Of a DNA stretch of 64,000 nucleotides, positions 17,754 through 27,841 are shown piece after piece. The stretch comes from a virus: the IMG/VR virus record IMGVR_UViG_3300032282_006516, positions 1-64,000 of that record. The stretch is one strand, 5' to 3'. Below the pieces are notes generated by a model that saw nothing but the letters and a program-made list of their open reading frames with translations, was not told the DNA's origin and did no database searches. Both the position numbers and the translations under genes were made by a program. Numbering within the stretch: the stretch's first letter is position 1; each line of letters begins with the position of its first letter.

Positions 17754-18337
17754 CGGACGCTCCCGACAGTTTTGGTCATGGATGACCGCTGCAAGTCTAC
17801 AGGGCGCGTGTTCCCCACAAAACGATTCTTGGCAAACGGAACCGAGGGGTACGCATTCGCCACAAGCTGAGAGCAGAAGAAACGGTCGACGTCCTGACGC
17901 TTGTTCTCGTGCTTTTCGTTCCAAACAGGAAGAGCTTGTCGTGCGACTCCCAAGTAGTCGTACTCTTTACCCACTTGGCTCTTTGCGTACTGCACGGCGT
18001 CTTTACGCGCCGCATCGGGCGCTTTGACACGCAGCGCCTTGAACCGGTACTCCGCGCCAAAGTCCTCTAGGGGCTTCCGCGTGACACCTGTCTCGGGATG
18101 GATGTCGACCACCTGCCCATCGCCGACATAAAGCGCCGCGTGGTAGTTTTTTGTCCCACCTTGGAACACAGAAAGGGCACGCCCCAGTACCGATGGGTCG
18201 CGCCGTCCCCCAACAAGAATGTCCCCCGGCTCTAGTTTCGACTGTAGGCGGGGTAGGCCGCGTGGGGCAGTCGCTGCCGCGGCAATTTTCGCGAGTTCAT
18301 CCGAAAAAGCCGCGAGGGTGTCCGAATGGAGGCGCAC
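17750..18337 (-). CDS. Permuted papain-like amidase (YiiX/YebB-like NlpC/P60) with FSDELAKIA tag
   Basis: LEPGDIL, YHAALYVG (His), VGKEYDY, FFCSQLV (Cys after His = permuted). Confidence 0.85.
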   Translation of the reverse strand: MRLHSDTLAAFSDELAKIAAAATAPRGLPRLQSKLEPGDILVGGRRDPSVLGRALSVFQGGTKNYHAALYVGDGQVVDIHPETGVTRKPLEDFGAEYRFKALRVKAPDAARKDAVQYAKSQVGKEYDYLGVARQALPVWNEKHENKRQDVDRFFCSQLVANAYPSVPFAKNRFVGNTRPVDLQRSSMTKTVGSVR

Positions 18338-18378
18338 CGTCCTTTTTTATCAGACGAAACGCCTCGTCGGAAGCCGGG

Positions 18379-21300
18379 TCAGCCCAAGATGGCGCGAGCG
18401 AACTGAAGAGCGGCGACGTATTCCTGCACCGCGAGCTGCTTACGCTTCCGCACGTCACCCTTCTGGGCCGCCGTGCTGCCTCGTTGAAGTCCGATAACCG
18501 ATTCGATGTCGTTGGTGACGAGGCCGAACAGGTCGTCGTAGGGACCGAAGGCGCGTGAGTGGAAACCCTCCACGCCTTGCAGGACTTCCTTGCCGTCAGA
18601 CGAGAAGACCAGGTCACCCGACCCGAACATGTCGAAGATGTTCGCCACGGGACGCCACGTGTACGACCGGATGAACTCGTCCACATCAAGACCCTGCTGC
18701 TTGATGTACGAGTACGTCTGCACCAAGAAGGCAACCGCCGCTTGGATGCTGGAGTTCTTGTCGAGCGCCAGAAGCCCCGGTGAAATTGCCCGAGGGTCGT
18801 CGGCACTGGTGGCCTTTGCCGCGTCGGCAAGAGCCTTCTCGGCCAACTCCAGGGGAGTGCCCACCGAAGCGGTGTCGCCAATCTCTACTTGCTGCTCGTC
18901 GGTGATGGCGCCCGTGCGGAAGAACTTTTGGTAGGCCTTGCCGATGAGCGCGGGATGCCAGATGTCTCCGTACCAGCCTGGGCGGATGTATTCCTCGGCC
19001 GGAAGGTCGACAACTTCCTGACGATACCTCGGAACTGTCTCCGTCACCTTGTAGGCGCGGAAGCGCACTAGCGTGTCGGAGGACCCGATGAGCGACACCA
19101 CATCTTGCCCGTAGTCGCTCGCCGGAAGCGTGAGACCAATGGGCACGTTGACGCGGGCGTTGTTAGTTCCGGCCTGTGTCGGTCCTTGGTACACCGGCAG
19201 CTTCTGGCCGGTTTTGATGTCCTGCGCCTGATACGCCTGCGTCACATCCTCAACCGCCGTAATCTCACCCTGGTTCGGGCCAAGCGCGGGAATCGTCGGG
19301 GGAAAGACAGCGGCCACAACCGTCTGGCGCACGGCGTCCGAGCCAAGACGCCGCTGCACCGTTTGGTCCGCGCGAATAACGCCAAGGAACTCCGTGCTCT
19401 CATCCGGCTGCCGGGCGTACGTTCCGTTGACCTGAGTCATACCCTGGTGCTGGTCAACGACATGAACCACTTCCGTGAGGTTGCACAGGAAGTGCGTACC
19501 CAGGAGCTTGTTCATGTCCGGAGTCGTGACGCCACCGTTCTGGGCGATGAGCTGCTGACGAAGCTCAAGCTGCGCGGGGTTCACATACTTGTCGATGACC
19601 AAGGCAGGGAATCCCGAAGCCAAGAACGGATTGAACTTCCCTGCGATTTGAAGCTGCCGCGCCGCGAAACGATACTTGAAGTAGAGGAAGTTCGCCGAAC
19701 GCTGGGCGAGGCCAATCTTCGGCTGTTTGCCGTTTACCGCACCCGACCGCGCAGCAAAGATGTTCAGCTCGCCCATCTTCTCGAAGACCGGCAAGATGCC
19801 GGTGAAGAGTTCGTGGTCGAGAATGTCGTTGCTCAAAATCGCTTGGAGGTCACGCTGCCCCTTCTTGAGCGTGAAGCCCTTTGGAGCAAAGTAAAACTGG
19901 TCGAAGAGTTCGTCCTCTCCGAAGAACTCGTCGTTGGTCTTGAGTAGAAGCCGCGTCGGCTCCTTCAAGAACTCCCGCTGGTAGGTCAGGGAGTGGTAGT
20001 GCTCCGGGAAGATGACGTTGCAGCGTGGAGGAGCGCTGAACCAAACGTCGGGTCGGAAGATGTGCTGGTTCAGGCGCGCAGGAACCACTGTCGTCGTGCC
20101 CGACACCACTTCGAACTCTGCCGCCCGCTGAAGCTGGGCCCGAGCTTCTTCCAGCGGCGCCGTGATGTTCTTCACAATCTGCTTGTTCGCTCCCGGCTTC
20201 CAGGCCTTGAGCTTGGCCTGCGCCTGCGAAAGAGAACGCAGTGCGCTGGAGTAGAACGACCGCGCGCCCGCCATCGTCTTGTCCGTGATTTTACTAACGG
20301 TCTGGCGACAGAGAGTGCACATCTGCGCCAACGAAGCGAGCACGCTGAAGCGCGCATCCGCCGACGAGCCAAAATCCTGCTGAATCGCAAGCTGAAGAAC
20401 GGCCTCGACTTGGTCAATCGACTGAAGAAGGCCATCGGCAGTTGTTGCGATGAAAGCGTTGTTGGGGTCTTTGCGGACACTTTTGCGAGTCCGTCCCCCG
20501 GGGTCACCAGTCGAACTCGGGAAGTAGCACGGAGCGCACTGTGCGTACGTCTCGTGAAAAATGATGCCCGACAAGGCGCTGATGGCCTGCCGGATGGATA
20601 CCTGCTGCCCGAGACCGTTGAGGGTACGCCCCAGAAGAGAATCGTACCCTGCGTTAATGAGGCGACTCGACGTAGGGTCGTCCTCATACGCCGTAATCAT
20701 CTGCGTAATGTGCAGGCGTAGCTCGGCGATGGAGAAGAAAATGTTCTGACCCGCAAACTTCTTGTCCTGATAGTAGCAGCCCCCAATCGCCTCCAGCAGA
20801 TGGACGATACCGCCCAGTAGTCCCTTGAGTTTCGGGTACTGAACGCTCGGCGTCTGGATGATGCGCAGAATGACGCTTCCTTCCTCCTCCAAGAAGTCCG
20901 TGAAGAGGTTGGTCGCGCCACCGCTAAATATAGCTTTGTAGCCCGGCCCAAAAAGGTCGGTGTTGTTCCACTGGTAGGCGTAGTCCCAGTAGTTACTCCA
21001 GTCCTGGCACTGAAGAACCAGGGAACGGCTGTCCTGGTTCTTCGTCCACTGGAATCCGATGATTTCACCGCCAAAGAGCAGCTTGTAGCGGGACAAGTCC
21101 GTGTCGTGCGCGTCGCCGACAAACGACTTGGGAATCAAAACATCGCCACCCGGCCCTTCGACGTCTTCATACTCGGTCGGGCTGCGTAGGTTTTTCGTGG
21201 TCGCGAACGGCGCCTGCGCCTCGTAGAAATCGAGGAAGAACAGGTGCACCAAGGACCGAGGAAGAATCTGTGTCCCCTCGGCCAGCGGTGGAATCTGAAT

Positions 21301-21411
21301 GCTGCAGGCTGCAGGTGCGTTTGGTGCTGTTTGCACCTGCGCCGCGATGACAGGAACCTCGACGCCCTCGACGAAAAGGCGCAACCGCAGCCGCTGTCCG
21401 TAGCCTGCCAT
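18379..21411 (-). CDS. Baseplate hub protein (large)
   Basis: LRLFVEGVEVPVI N-terminus, RSLVLQCQDWSNYW, PPRCNVIFP; located after the tape measure and initiator genes. Confidence 0.55.
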   Translation of the reverse strand: MAGYGQRLRLRLFVEGVEVPVIAAQVQTAPNAPAACSIQIPPLAEGTQILPRSLVHLFFLDFYEAQAPFATTKNLRSPTEYEDVEGPGGDVLIPKSFVGDAHDTDLSRYKLLFGGEIIGFQWTKNQDSRSLVLQCQDWSNYWDYAYQWNNTDLFGPGYKAIFSGGATNLFTDFLEEEGSVILRIIQTPSVQYPKLKGLLGGIVHLLEAIGGCYYQDKKFAGQNIFFSIAELRLHITQMITAYEDDPTSSRLINAGYDSLLGRTLNGLGQQVSIRQAISALSGIIFHETYAQCAPCYFPSSTGDPGGRTRKSVRKDPNNAFIATTADGLLQSIDQVEAVLQLAIQQDFGSSADARFSVLASLAQMCTLCRQTVSKITDKTMAGARSFYSSALRSLSQAQAKLKAWKPGANKQIVKNITAPLEEARAQLQRAAEFEVVSGTTTVVPARLNQHIFRPDVWFSAPPRCNVIFPEHYHSLTYQREFLKEPTRLLLKTNDEFFGEDELFDQFYFAPKGFTLKKGQRDLQAILSNDILDHELFTGILPVFEKMGELNIFAARSGAVNGKQPKIGLAQRSANFLYFKYRFAARQLQIAGKFNPFLASGFPALVIDKYVNPAQLELRQQLIAQNGGVTTPDMNKLLGTHFLCNLTEVVHVVDQHQGMTQVNGTYARQPDESTEFLGVIRADQTVQRRLGSDAVRQTVVAAVFPPTIPALGPNQGEITAVEDVTQAYQAQDIKTGQKLPVYQGPTQAGTNNARVNVPIGLTLPASDYGQDVVSLIGSSDTLVRFRAYKVTETVPRYRQEVVDLPAEEYIRPGWYGDIWHPALIGKAYQKFFRTGAITDEQQVEIGDTASVGTPLELAEKALADAAKATSADDPRAISPGLLALDKNSSIQAAVAFLVQTYSYIKQQGLDVDEFIRSYTWRPVANIFDMFGSGDLVFSSDGKEVLQGVEGFHSRAFGPYDDLFGLVTNDIESVIGLQRGSTAAQKGDVRKRKQLAVQEYVAALQFARAILG

Positions 21412-23054
21412 TACGCGAAGATGCCCGTATTTTTCGAAGAAGTCGAGGTGCCGTTCGGCCCGAAAGACCAGCTGTTCTTCGAGCTACCGGACGGGTCATA
21501 CGCGCCCGGAACCGCCGCCGTAGAGAATGCACTCGGCGCACCCCCGACGTTCACCGACGACCCACTTCCCGACAACCCGTTCCCGTAGCCGTTTCCAGCG
21601 TTCGAACCCGAACCGAAGGCAGGCCCCCCGGTGGACGGTGTGAGGCTGCCTCCGTTACCCGCAACGCCTCCAGGAATTCCGCCGCCAATACCCGTTCCTT
21701 GAGAGACGCCGCCCTGTACCGGGACGCCGTTGCCGTAAACCGCCTTGGTGCTGGTCGACGTGCCCGTACCCGCAGATGCAGAAGCACCGGCAGAAGCCTT
21801 CAAGCTGGCCGAAGCAGTATACGCCCCCGTAAATCCGAGACCCCCTCCGATACCGGTAGGACCCGACGAAGCCGTGGGTTTCGGGCCGAAACTTGGGGTG
21901 GGCGTTGCGCTCGACCCAAAGCCAGAAAGCCCGCCAGGACGACCGGCGGACCCGAAGTTCGGTCCCAGCCCTAGACCATTAAGTGCTTGCGGGCTATTGG
22001 CGTCACCGCCAAAGCGGCCCACCTGGTCCGCCACCACCGTTTGCAAGTCGCCAGCTTCAGGCTTGCCATCTTCGTCTTGCGTCGGGTCACCGTCGGGGAC
22101 GACGACATGCGGCGGAGCGGTGAACTCATCCGTGTTGTCCGCGATGAGGCTGCGCAGAGGACGCGTGCGTCCTTCACTCTGCGCAATCTTCAGGGCCTGC
22201 CGCGCGTTCGACAGAATCGCGTCGACATCGGGCGTACCCGTCGCGTCCAGGCCCGAACGCAACGCGTCGGACAGGTTCTGCGCGCCACCAAAGCCGCTGC
22301 TCTGCTGCGCCGCACCGATGGTCGCTTGGTTAATGGTCGCATCGAGAAGCGCTGCATCCGACGCAGCCGTAATCGCAGCGTTCCCCACCGTAGTCACGTC
22401 GGCTGACGTCAGGCTAACGGAAGGTGGGAGATTCACGCTGGAACGCACCGGAAAGTGCGGGTCACCAACGAACGAGACATTGGAATAGTTGGTGAGGTAG
22501 AGGCGAAAGGTGAGCTGAATCAGAAACGGGGTATCGGCTGAGTTTCGTGCCTGCGCATTCAGCATGTACCCCTCGACGATGTTGTCGTCGTAGAAAAGAT
22601 AGGTGCGTGCGCCTTCTTCAACCAGCCGCGTGCCGCGTAGGTGGGCATCGTAGTTTGCCCAGAACTCTGCCTGCCAGTTGAAGTCGTTTGAACTAATCAG
22701 CAGGGCCACCACATCGAGAAAACGCGGACTCTCGCCGAAGAAGAAGATGTAGGGCTCGCCGAACGTGTCAACGATTTGATGCTTCTCCATGCGGGCTTCT
22801 TGAACTGACTGAATCAAGAAGTTCGTGTAGCTCGTCGAAGTTCCCGTCGAAGAGCCCGAGTCCAGGAGAGGAATCTCCGAGCCATCGGCGCGGATGACCT
22901 TGAGGATGGCGTACGTGTCCTCCTTGATTTCAAGGCCCCGCATCGGCCGCCGTGCGCTGTCTGTGCCGGCACGACGGACCTTTTGAGCAGCGCTACGCCG
23001 CTTCGCAAACTCTTTCGCGAATGCTTCCGTGGTCAGCTCGATGAAGACGGGCAT
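21411..23054 (-). CDS. Baseplate/tail-tube initiator-like protein with Gly/Ser-rich C-terminus
   Basis: FLIQSVQEARMEKHQIVDTFGEPYIFFFGESP pattern; gene position. Confidence 0.45.
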   Translation of the reverse strand: MPVFIELTTEAFAKEFAKRRSAAQKVRRAGTDSARRPMRGLEIKEDTYAILKVIRADGSEIPLLDSGSSTGTSTSYTNFLIQSVQEARMEKHQIVDTFGEPYIFFFGESPRFLDVVALLISSNDFNWQAEFWANYDAHLRGTRLVEEGARTYLFYDDNIVEGYMLNAQARNSADTPFLIQLTFRLYLTNYSNVSFVGDPHFPVRSSVNLPPSVSLTSADVTTVGNAAITAASDAALLDATINQATIGAAQQSSGFGGAQNLSDALRSGLDATGTPDVDAILSNARQALKIAQSEGRTRPLRSLIADNTDEFTAPPHVVVPDGDPTQDEDGKPEAGDLQTVVADQVGRFGGDANSPQALNGLGLGPNFGSAGRPGGLSGFGSSATPTPSFGPKPTASSGPTGIGGGLGFTGAYTASASLKASAGASASAGTGTSTSTKAVYGNGVPVQGGVSQGTGIGGGIPGGVAGNGGSLTPSTGGPAFGSGSNAGNGYGNGLSGSGSSVNVGGAPSAFSTAAVPGAYDPSGSSKNSWSFGPNGTSTSSKNTGIFA

Positions 23055-23094
23055 GCGGACGGCCTCCACCGCGCATCATACCCGGTCCCTGCGC

Positions 23095-23124
23095 AAAACT
23101 CACGGGGTACGCAGAATAAGAAGA
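23095..23124 (+). promoter_or_regulatory. Phage promoter motif AAACTC-N11-AGAATAAG
   Basis: Immediately upstream of the plus-strand ATG at 23125. Confidence 0.55.
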
Positions 23125-23253
23125 ATGATGGACAACAACACAGTAACCGTAACGAGGGCCGAACTCCAAACGCTTCGCTTCACGGCCGGAATTGCCTTCA
23201 TCGGGGGTCTCGCGACCCTCGTGATGATGGTATTCGGCGGGCGTAAGCGCTGA
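23125..23253 (+). CDS. 42-aa membrane peptide inserted against operon direction
   Basis: MMDNNTVTVTRAELQTLRFTAGIAFIGGLATLVMMVFGGRKR; has its own promoter motif and terminator. Confidence 0.65.
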   Translation: MMDNNTVTVTRAELQTLRFTAGIAFIGGLATLVMMVFGGRKR

Positions 23254-23256
23254 AAA

Positions 23257-23303
23257 GAGCGCCCGAAGGGCGCTCGAAGCGCCATCAGGCGCTTTTCTTA
23301 GCC
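23257..23303 (+). terminator. Double hairpin plus TTTTCTTAGCC
   Basis: GAGCGCCC-gaa-GGGCGCTC; AAGCGCC-atca-GGCGCTT; then TTCTTAGCC. Confidence 0.7.
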
Positions 23304-23305
23304 TC

Positions 23306-23569
23306 TCAAATCACGACGTTCGACTTGATGAGGTAATCGCGCACCGTGCGGTCGGGCGTAACCCCTGCAAACGGCTCACCCTGCTGAATGGCGAACGCCT
23401 CGGCTTTCACCAAAACAAGATACGGGTCTTCCACCGCGATCTTGTCGCGAATCTTCAGCTGGTAAAGACGCCCGAACTTGCGAACGGCAACCGTCGTTTC
23501 CTGACGGCAAGGAGAGCAGCCCGGAGGCACGCCGAAAGGAAGCGTGCCGGTGAAAAGAAGGGACTTCAT
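23306..23569 (-). CDS. Hypothetical protein
   Basis: 87-aa ORF 2 nt after the tape measure stop. Confidence 0.6.
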   Translation of the reverse strand: MKSLLFTGTLPFGVPPGCSPCRQETTVAVRKFGRLYQLKIRDKIAVEDPYLVLVKAEAFAIQQGEPFAGVTPDRTVRDYLIKSNVVI

Positions 23570-23571
23570 GG

Positions 23572-26500
23572 CTAGGGCTTGAAGAGCGTAACTTGAAGAG
23601 GTTTGTTGAGGGAGCCGTTCAGCACATCAAGTTTTCCGCCGAGCAGATTTGCCGTCTTCTCGTTCGCCTCCTTGATGGCTTTCGCCACCGGATTGTTTGC
23701 TTCCTCTTTCTTCTCCTTGTCCTGCTTCGACTTGGACTCTGCCGTCTCAGAAACGCGACGAATAGCTTCCGAAAGGTCGGCTTGCTTGCCCGACTTCGCC
23801 GCCTTCACAATCTCGTCGCTCATCCCCTTATCGGTGATGCCCTTCTGCGAGAGGAGTTTGGCGACGTCATCCGCGTTCTTGAGGTCAAGCCCCTTCATGT
23901 CAACGCCGAGCAGCTGTGCGGCTGCGTCGCCCGCACCGCGACGACGTGAGAGTTTCGTGAAGCGCTCTTGGAAGCTGGCCGAGCGCCCAAGCTCTGCGCC
24001 TTCCTCCGTACCGGCCATTTCACGCGAAAGTTTCCGACGCTCCTGCACGCTCATACCCGACACAAGAGCTGCACGGTCTTGCGCCGCGGATTGCATCTTG
24101 GCGAACAAGGCTTGATTGGTTTCATCCGACGCTTCCGTCGTACCCAGGCCCTGTTGGTATTCCAGAATGCGTGCGGAGTACTGGGCGTATTTCTGCGCCG
24201 CAGTCGTACCGCCCTCGCCGGTCTTACCAATCTTTCCGAGCTTCGCCATGCCCGCTTCGGAAATTTGACCGTTAGCGTCCATGAGGCCCAGCGCGGTAAA
24301 CTTCTCCCGCTGTTCACCCGCCCCTTCACGGACACGTCTCGCTGTTTCCGTGCGGTCCGTCTTGTTACGCGCGTCGATAACTTGAAGCATTCCGCCGAGC
24401 TTCTTCTCGGCCTCCTCGACCGAAAGTGGAATGTCGTTCGCTTTTAGGAAGGCTTCCTTCTCTTCAGCGGTCGCGTTCGGCTTCGTCGTCAAGAACGTCG
24501 CGTACTGCGATGCCCCGAGCATCTGCTGCTTCACTTCGTTTTCAGGCGAAGACAAGTTTTCGCCTGCCGAACCGAGCTGTTTCCTCAGCGCATCTTGCGC
24601 TGATTTCGCCGTTGCCGGGTCCGAGCTAAGGAGGTCCGAAGCTAGAGTTCGGAACTGTTCGCTCTTGATAAAGCGGCCTGCGGCCTGTTCGCGCTCTGCC
24701 GTACCGGTCATGCGCCCAAACAAACCCTCACTGAACTCTTGAATCTTTCCCGCGCCAACCACGGAAAGCGCAAGGCCTTGAGTGCCAAACAGCGCCTGCA
24801 TTCCGGATGAAATGGCGACACTCATTCCGGCCGCTCCGGCTTTCTCCAAAGCCGATTTTTCGTGGGCGACACCGAAAGCCTCGGCAAAAGCCTTATTCGC
24901 CGCACCTTCAGAGCCGAACCCGCCAGTGCCTTGTTTCGCCAGAAGTGCGCCCATACCTCCGGGTGGCAAGCCGTAACGTGCGGCAAGGCTGCCCTCTCCC
25001 GTAATGCCTTGGGCGCGCTCGTAGTTTCCAATAAGACCAGCCTTTTCAGCCGTCGACAGCTTTGGGTTACTGAGCTGGGCTTCCATCGCCTTTGCCGCGA
25101 TGGTGTTGGGGTCCTTCGGGTCGCCCTTCGCCTTTTCACCGATGAGGCTCTCGATGTTCTTCATCCGAACATCACCCTCGCCCTCGATGGAACCCATGGC
25201 GTAGGCCTGCGCCAAGAAGTCACCGCCGCCCGCCGTCAACGTCGCGGTCTTGTCAAACCCCGTAGCCGCTGCAAGGCGCGTGGCTTCAATGCTCTGGAGC
25301 TTGCTTTGAATCTCATGGTCGCTCATGCCCGAGATGTCGAAGCCGGCCTTACGCAACTTGCTCGCACCGGACTCGCCGAAAATGGCGTACTTAAGTCCTT
25401 CCAAGTGGGCGGCTCCGATGCCTCCACTCAACGCAACCCGCCGGTCGGACTCGGTCAAGCGGTCGAAGTCAGCACCTCGATTCAGCGCTTCCCCCAAGCC
25501 AAGAGCCGAAGCGCCACCCAGATTGGGACGACCTCCGAGCAGGCTTTCAAAACCCTTGCCCTTCTGCGCCAGGGCTCCGGTGTTAAGTTTCGGACCTCCA
25601 ACACCAAACGCCACGCGACCCGCGCGAGCGCCCGCCGCGCCACCACTCATCATGGTGCGGAACTGGTCGTCGATGTCCTTAGAGTACGTCTGGACATACG
25701 TACCGAACAGGTCGTTCAGGAAACTGTCCACCATTTCCGAACCCTGATTGAACACGTCCTGCCCGACCTTTTGCAGCGAGCTGTTGACCTGCTCCTTTGC
25801 ATGCTCAAAACGCTGCTTCACACCACTAAGACCTTGTTGCTTTCGCTGCAAAGAAAGGTTTTTGAAATAAGTGTCGCTTTTCTCATCCCGACGCTGCTGC
25901 TCAAGAATCTGCGGCATGTTCTGCGCCATCTTGATGGCCTGGTCGACTTCATCGCGACCCATGTGAAGTTGCCGCTGCGCAAACAACATGGAACGGTCGT
26001 CCATGTCGTTGATGTCGATGCCCTTTGATGCCGCCCACTCTTGCAGCTGCATTGCAGGCAAAAAGCCGCCGAGGCGTTCCATCGCCGCGCCGCGAAGACG
26101 ACCTTCGTTGCGAATGAAATTCGCGCGACCGACCTTCGCTAAGTTTTGCTTATCCAGGCGCATCGTCTCGCTGATGGACATGCCGCCCGTGAGAAGTTGT
26201 TGAACAGAAGCCTCATCGAGCGTGCCATTTTTACCAGCCATCGAAGCGAGCAATCGGCGACCTCGGCCCGTCTGAAGAAAGCCCGCAGAACTCTGCATGG
26301 CGCTCGCGGCATACGCCTGGCGACCTTCCGCTCCCGTAAGCCCCGTCACGTTGTAGATGTCTTCTTCCGAAAGAACGCCCATCTGCTGCGCGGTGCCGAT
26401 TTGGCCAATCGTGCGCATCCCCGCTACGGCGCCTTGACGCCCAAGTCCGCCGATAGAGCGAGAAATCTGCGAACCGATGCTCGCTGCTCCCGTCACTTCA

Positions 26501-27291
26501 CTGAGCGCCAATCCTCCGGACACGGACGTGGCGCGTGCCATCGAAGTAAACGCCGCGGCATTCTTCATTCCAAAGATGCCGGAGTTCTTTGCCGAGGCGG
26601 CTAGTTCCATCGCTCCTTCGAGCGTCGTACCGAGGTCCGTCGCCATCGTCTTCAAGGTCTTGACCATCTCCTTGAAGCGACTGGAAAACTCCTTCACGTC
26701 TTTGACGCCCTGGGCAAAGCCCATCTGGCCCATCTTCCCGGCGAGTCCCGTCAGCTCGCGGAACGACGTCATCTCGCCGCCAGGACCGAGGTCGTGTGAC
26801 ATCTCGCGGACCATCGTTCCGATGGACGACATGTCGGAACGAGCAAAGCCCTGCCCGCCGTATTGATTTCGGAAGGAGTACGACTGTCGCAGCTGCTGGT
26901 TTAGGTCCATCTGCTGCTGCGCGCCGGTGTACATCTGGTTTCCGGCGTAGTTGGCTGCCGCTCCAGCCGCCATGAGCGGAAGCGCTACCGCGCCGCCTGC
27001 GAGAGCAGCCCCGCCAAACCCCGCACCAGCGCCAAACGCCCCCATACCCGCCCGGAGTCCAAGGCTCATAGGGTCGAGCCCAAGCAGGCTCATTGCACCT
27101 GTAGCCAGAGGGGCACCAACCGACGCGGCCGTGCTCATCATGCCGCCCATCATGCGGTCTCCGGCTCCGCCGCTGGTCCCGCCGTACACGCCGCCGCCCT
27201 GACCAATCATTCCAGAGTAGGCCATGTTGTTCATGGCCATGCCCTGGTAGCCCCCGTTCATCGCGGCGATTTCAGTCGAAGAAAGCGGCAT
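23572..27291 (-). CDS. Tape measure protein
   Basis: 1239 aa, Ala/Gly/Met/Gln-rich and helical, upstream of the baseplate genes. Confidence 0.7.
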   Translation of the reverse strand: MPLSSTEIAAMNGGYQGMAMNNMAYSGMIGQGGGVYGGTSGGAGDRMMGGMMSTAASVGAPLATGAMSLLGLDPMSLGLRAGMGAFGAGAGFGGAALAGGAVALPLMAAGAAANYAGNQMYTGAQQQMDLNQQLRQSYSFRNQYGGQGFARSDMSSIGTMVREMSHDLGPGGEMTSFRELTGLAGKMGQMGFAQGVKDVKEFSSRFKEMVKTLKTMATDLGTTLEGAMELAASAKNSGIFGMKNAAAFTSMARATSVSGGLALSEVTGAASIGSQISRSIGGLGRQGAVAGMRTIGQIGTAQQMGVLSEEDIYNVTGLTGAEGRQAYAASAMQSSAGFLQTGRGRRLLASMAGKNGTLDEASVQQLLTGGMSISETMRLDKQNLAKVGRANFIRNEGRLRGAAMERLGGFLPAMQLQEWAASKGIDINDMDDRSMLFAQRQLHMGRDEVDQAIKMAQNMPQILEQQRRDEKSDTYFKNLSLQRKQQGLSGVKQRFEHAKEQVNSSLQKVGQDVFNQGSEMVDSFLNDLFGTYVQTYSKDIDDQFRTMMSGGAAGARAGRVAFGVGGPKLNTGALAQKGKGFESLLGGRPNLGGASALGLGEALNRGADFDRLTESDRRVALSGGIGAAHLEGLKYAIFGESGASKLRKAGFDISGMSDHEIQSKLQSIEATRLAAATGFDKTATLTAGGGDFLAQAYAMGSIEGEGDVRMKNIESLIGEKAKGDPKDPNTIAAKAMEAQLSNPKLSTAEKAGLIGNYERAQGITGEGSLAARYGLPPGGMGALLAKQGTGGFGSEGAANKAFAEAFGVAHEKSALEKAGAAGMSVAISSGMQALFGTQGLALSVVGAGKIQEFSEGLFGRMTGTAEREQAAGRFIKSEQFRTLASDLLSSDPATAKSAQDALRKQLGSAGENLSSPENEVKQQMLGASQYATFLTTKPNATAEEKEAFLKANDIPLSVEEAEKKLGGMLQVIDARNKTDRTETARRVREGAGEQREKFTALGLMDANGQISEAGMAKLGKIGKTGEGGTTAAQKYAQYSARILEYQQGLGTTEASDETNQALFAKMQSAAQDRAALVSGMSVQERRKLSREMAGTEEGAELGRSASFQERFTKLSRRRGAGDAAAQLLGVDMKGLDLKNADDVAKLLSQKGITDKGMSDEIVKAAKSGKQADLSEAIRRVSETAESKSKQDKEKKEEANNPVAKAIKEANEKTANLLGGKLDVLNGSLNKPLQVTLFKP

Positions 27292-27373
27292 GCGGGCACT
27301 TTACCACGCCGATGTGCCCGAAGAAACGGAGGTCCATACGCCCTCTAAACAAGGCAAAAAAGCCAGAATAGTG

Positions 27374-27733
27374 ATGGACAACATTCAGAACCCCGAAGTT
27401 GCCACGGGAGTTGGCAACATTTCCCTCCGAATGCAGAACGCCCTTGGTCAGTTCCGCAGGGCGACCGAAAAAGCCACCGAAGCACAGCAGGCACTTCTCA
27501 GCGGGGCGCAAGCCCTGCTGCTGGAGTACTCGCGACCGAGCGCGAGAGCGCTCGACGCGCTCGTGGTGATGATCGAAGTATCGGCCACCGTGGTAGAAGA
27601 GTACTCGGACAACATCCGAGACCTCGCAGCGGGTTTCGCGTCGGCCGCACAAACGACCAGAGTGGCGCGAGACGTCCGGGGGGCGTGGACGATGGAACAA
27701 GTCGCGCAGCTCGGCGCGCAGCTCGGCAAGTGA
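27374..27733 (+). CDS. Hypothetical helical protein (accessory cassette)
   Basis: ATG at 27374 following AGAATAGTG. Confidence 0.65.
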   Translation: MDNIQNPEVATGVGNISLRMQNALGQFRRATEKATEAQQALLSGAQALLLEYSRPSARALDALVVMIEVSATVVEEYSDNIRDLAAGFASAAQTTRVARDVRGAWTMEQVAQLGAQLGK

Positions 27734-27739
27734 CGAAAC

Positions 27740-27792
27740 GGGGGTCGTGCGGCATCCGCCGCGCGGCCCCCGGCGCACCTCTTTTCTTAGCC
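27740..27792 (+). terminator. Hairpin plus TTTTCTTAGCC
   Basis: GC-rich stem at 27740-27771; motif at 27782-27792. Confidence 0.6.
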
Positions 27793-27810
27793 GTCGATAT
27801 GTGTGGGCAA

Positions 27811-27841
27811 TAAACCCCCACAATGCGGAATAAGAATAGTG
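27811..27841 (+). promoter_or_regulatory. Phage promoter motif TAAACCC-N9-GGAATAAGAATAGTG
   Basis: Direct match to the other copies; ATG follows immediately. Confidence 0.65.
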
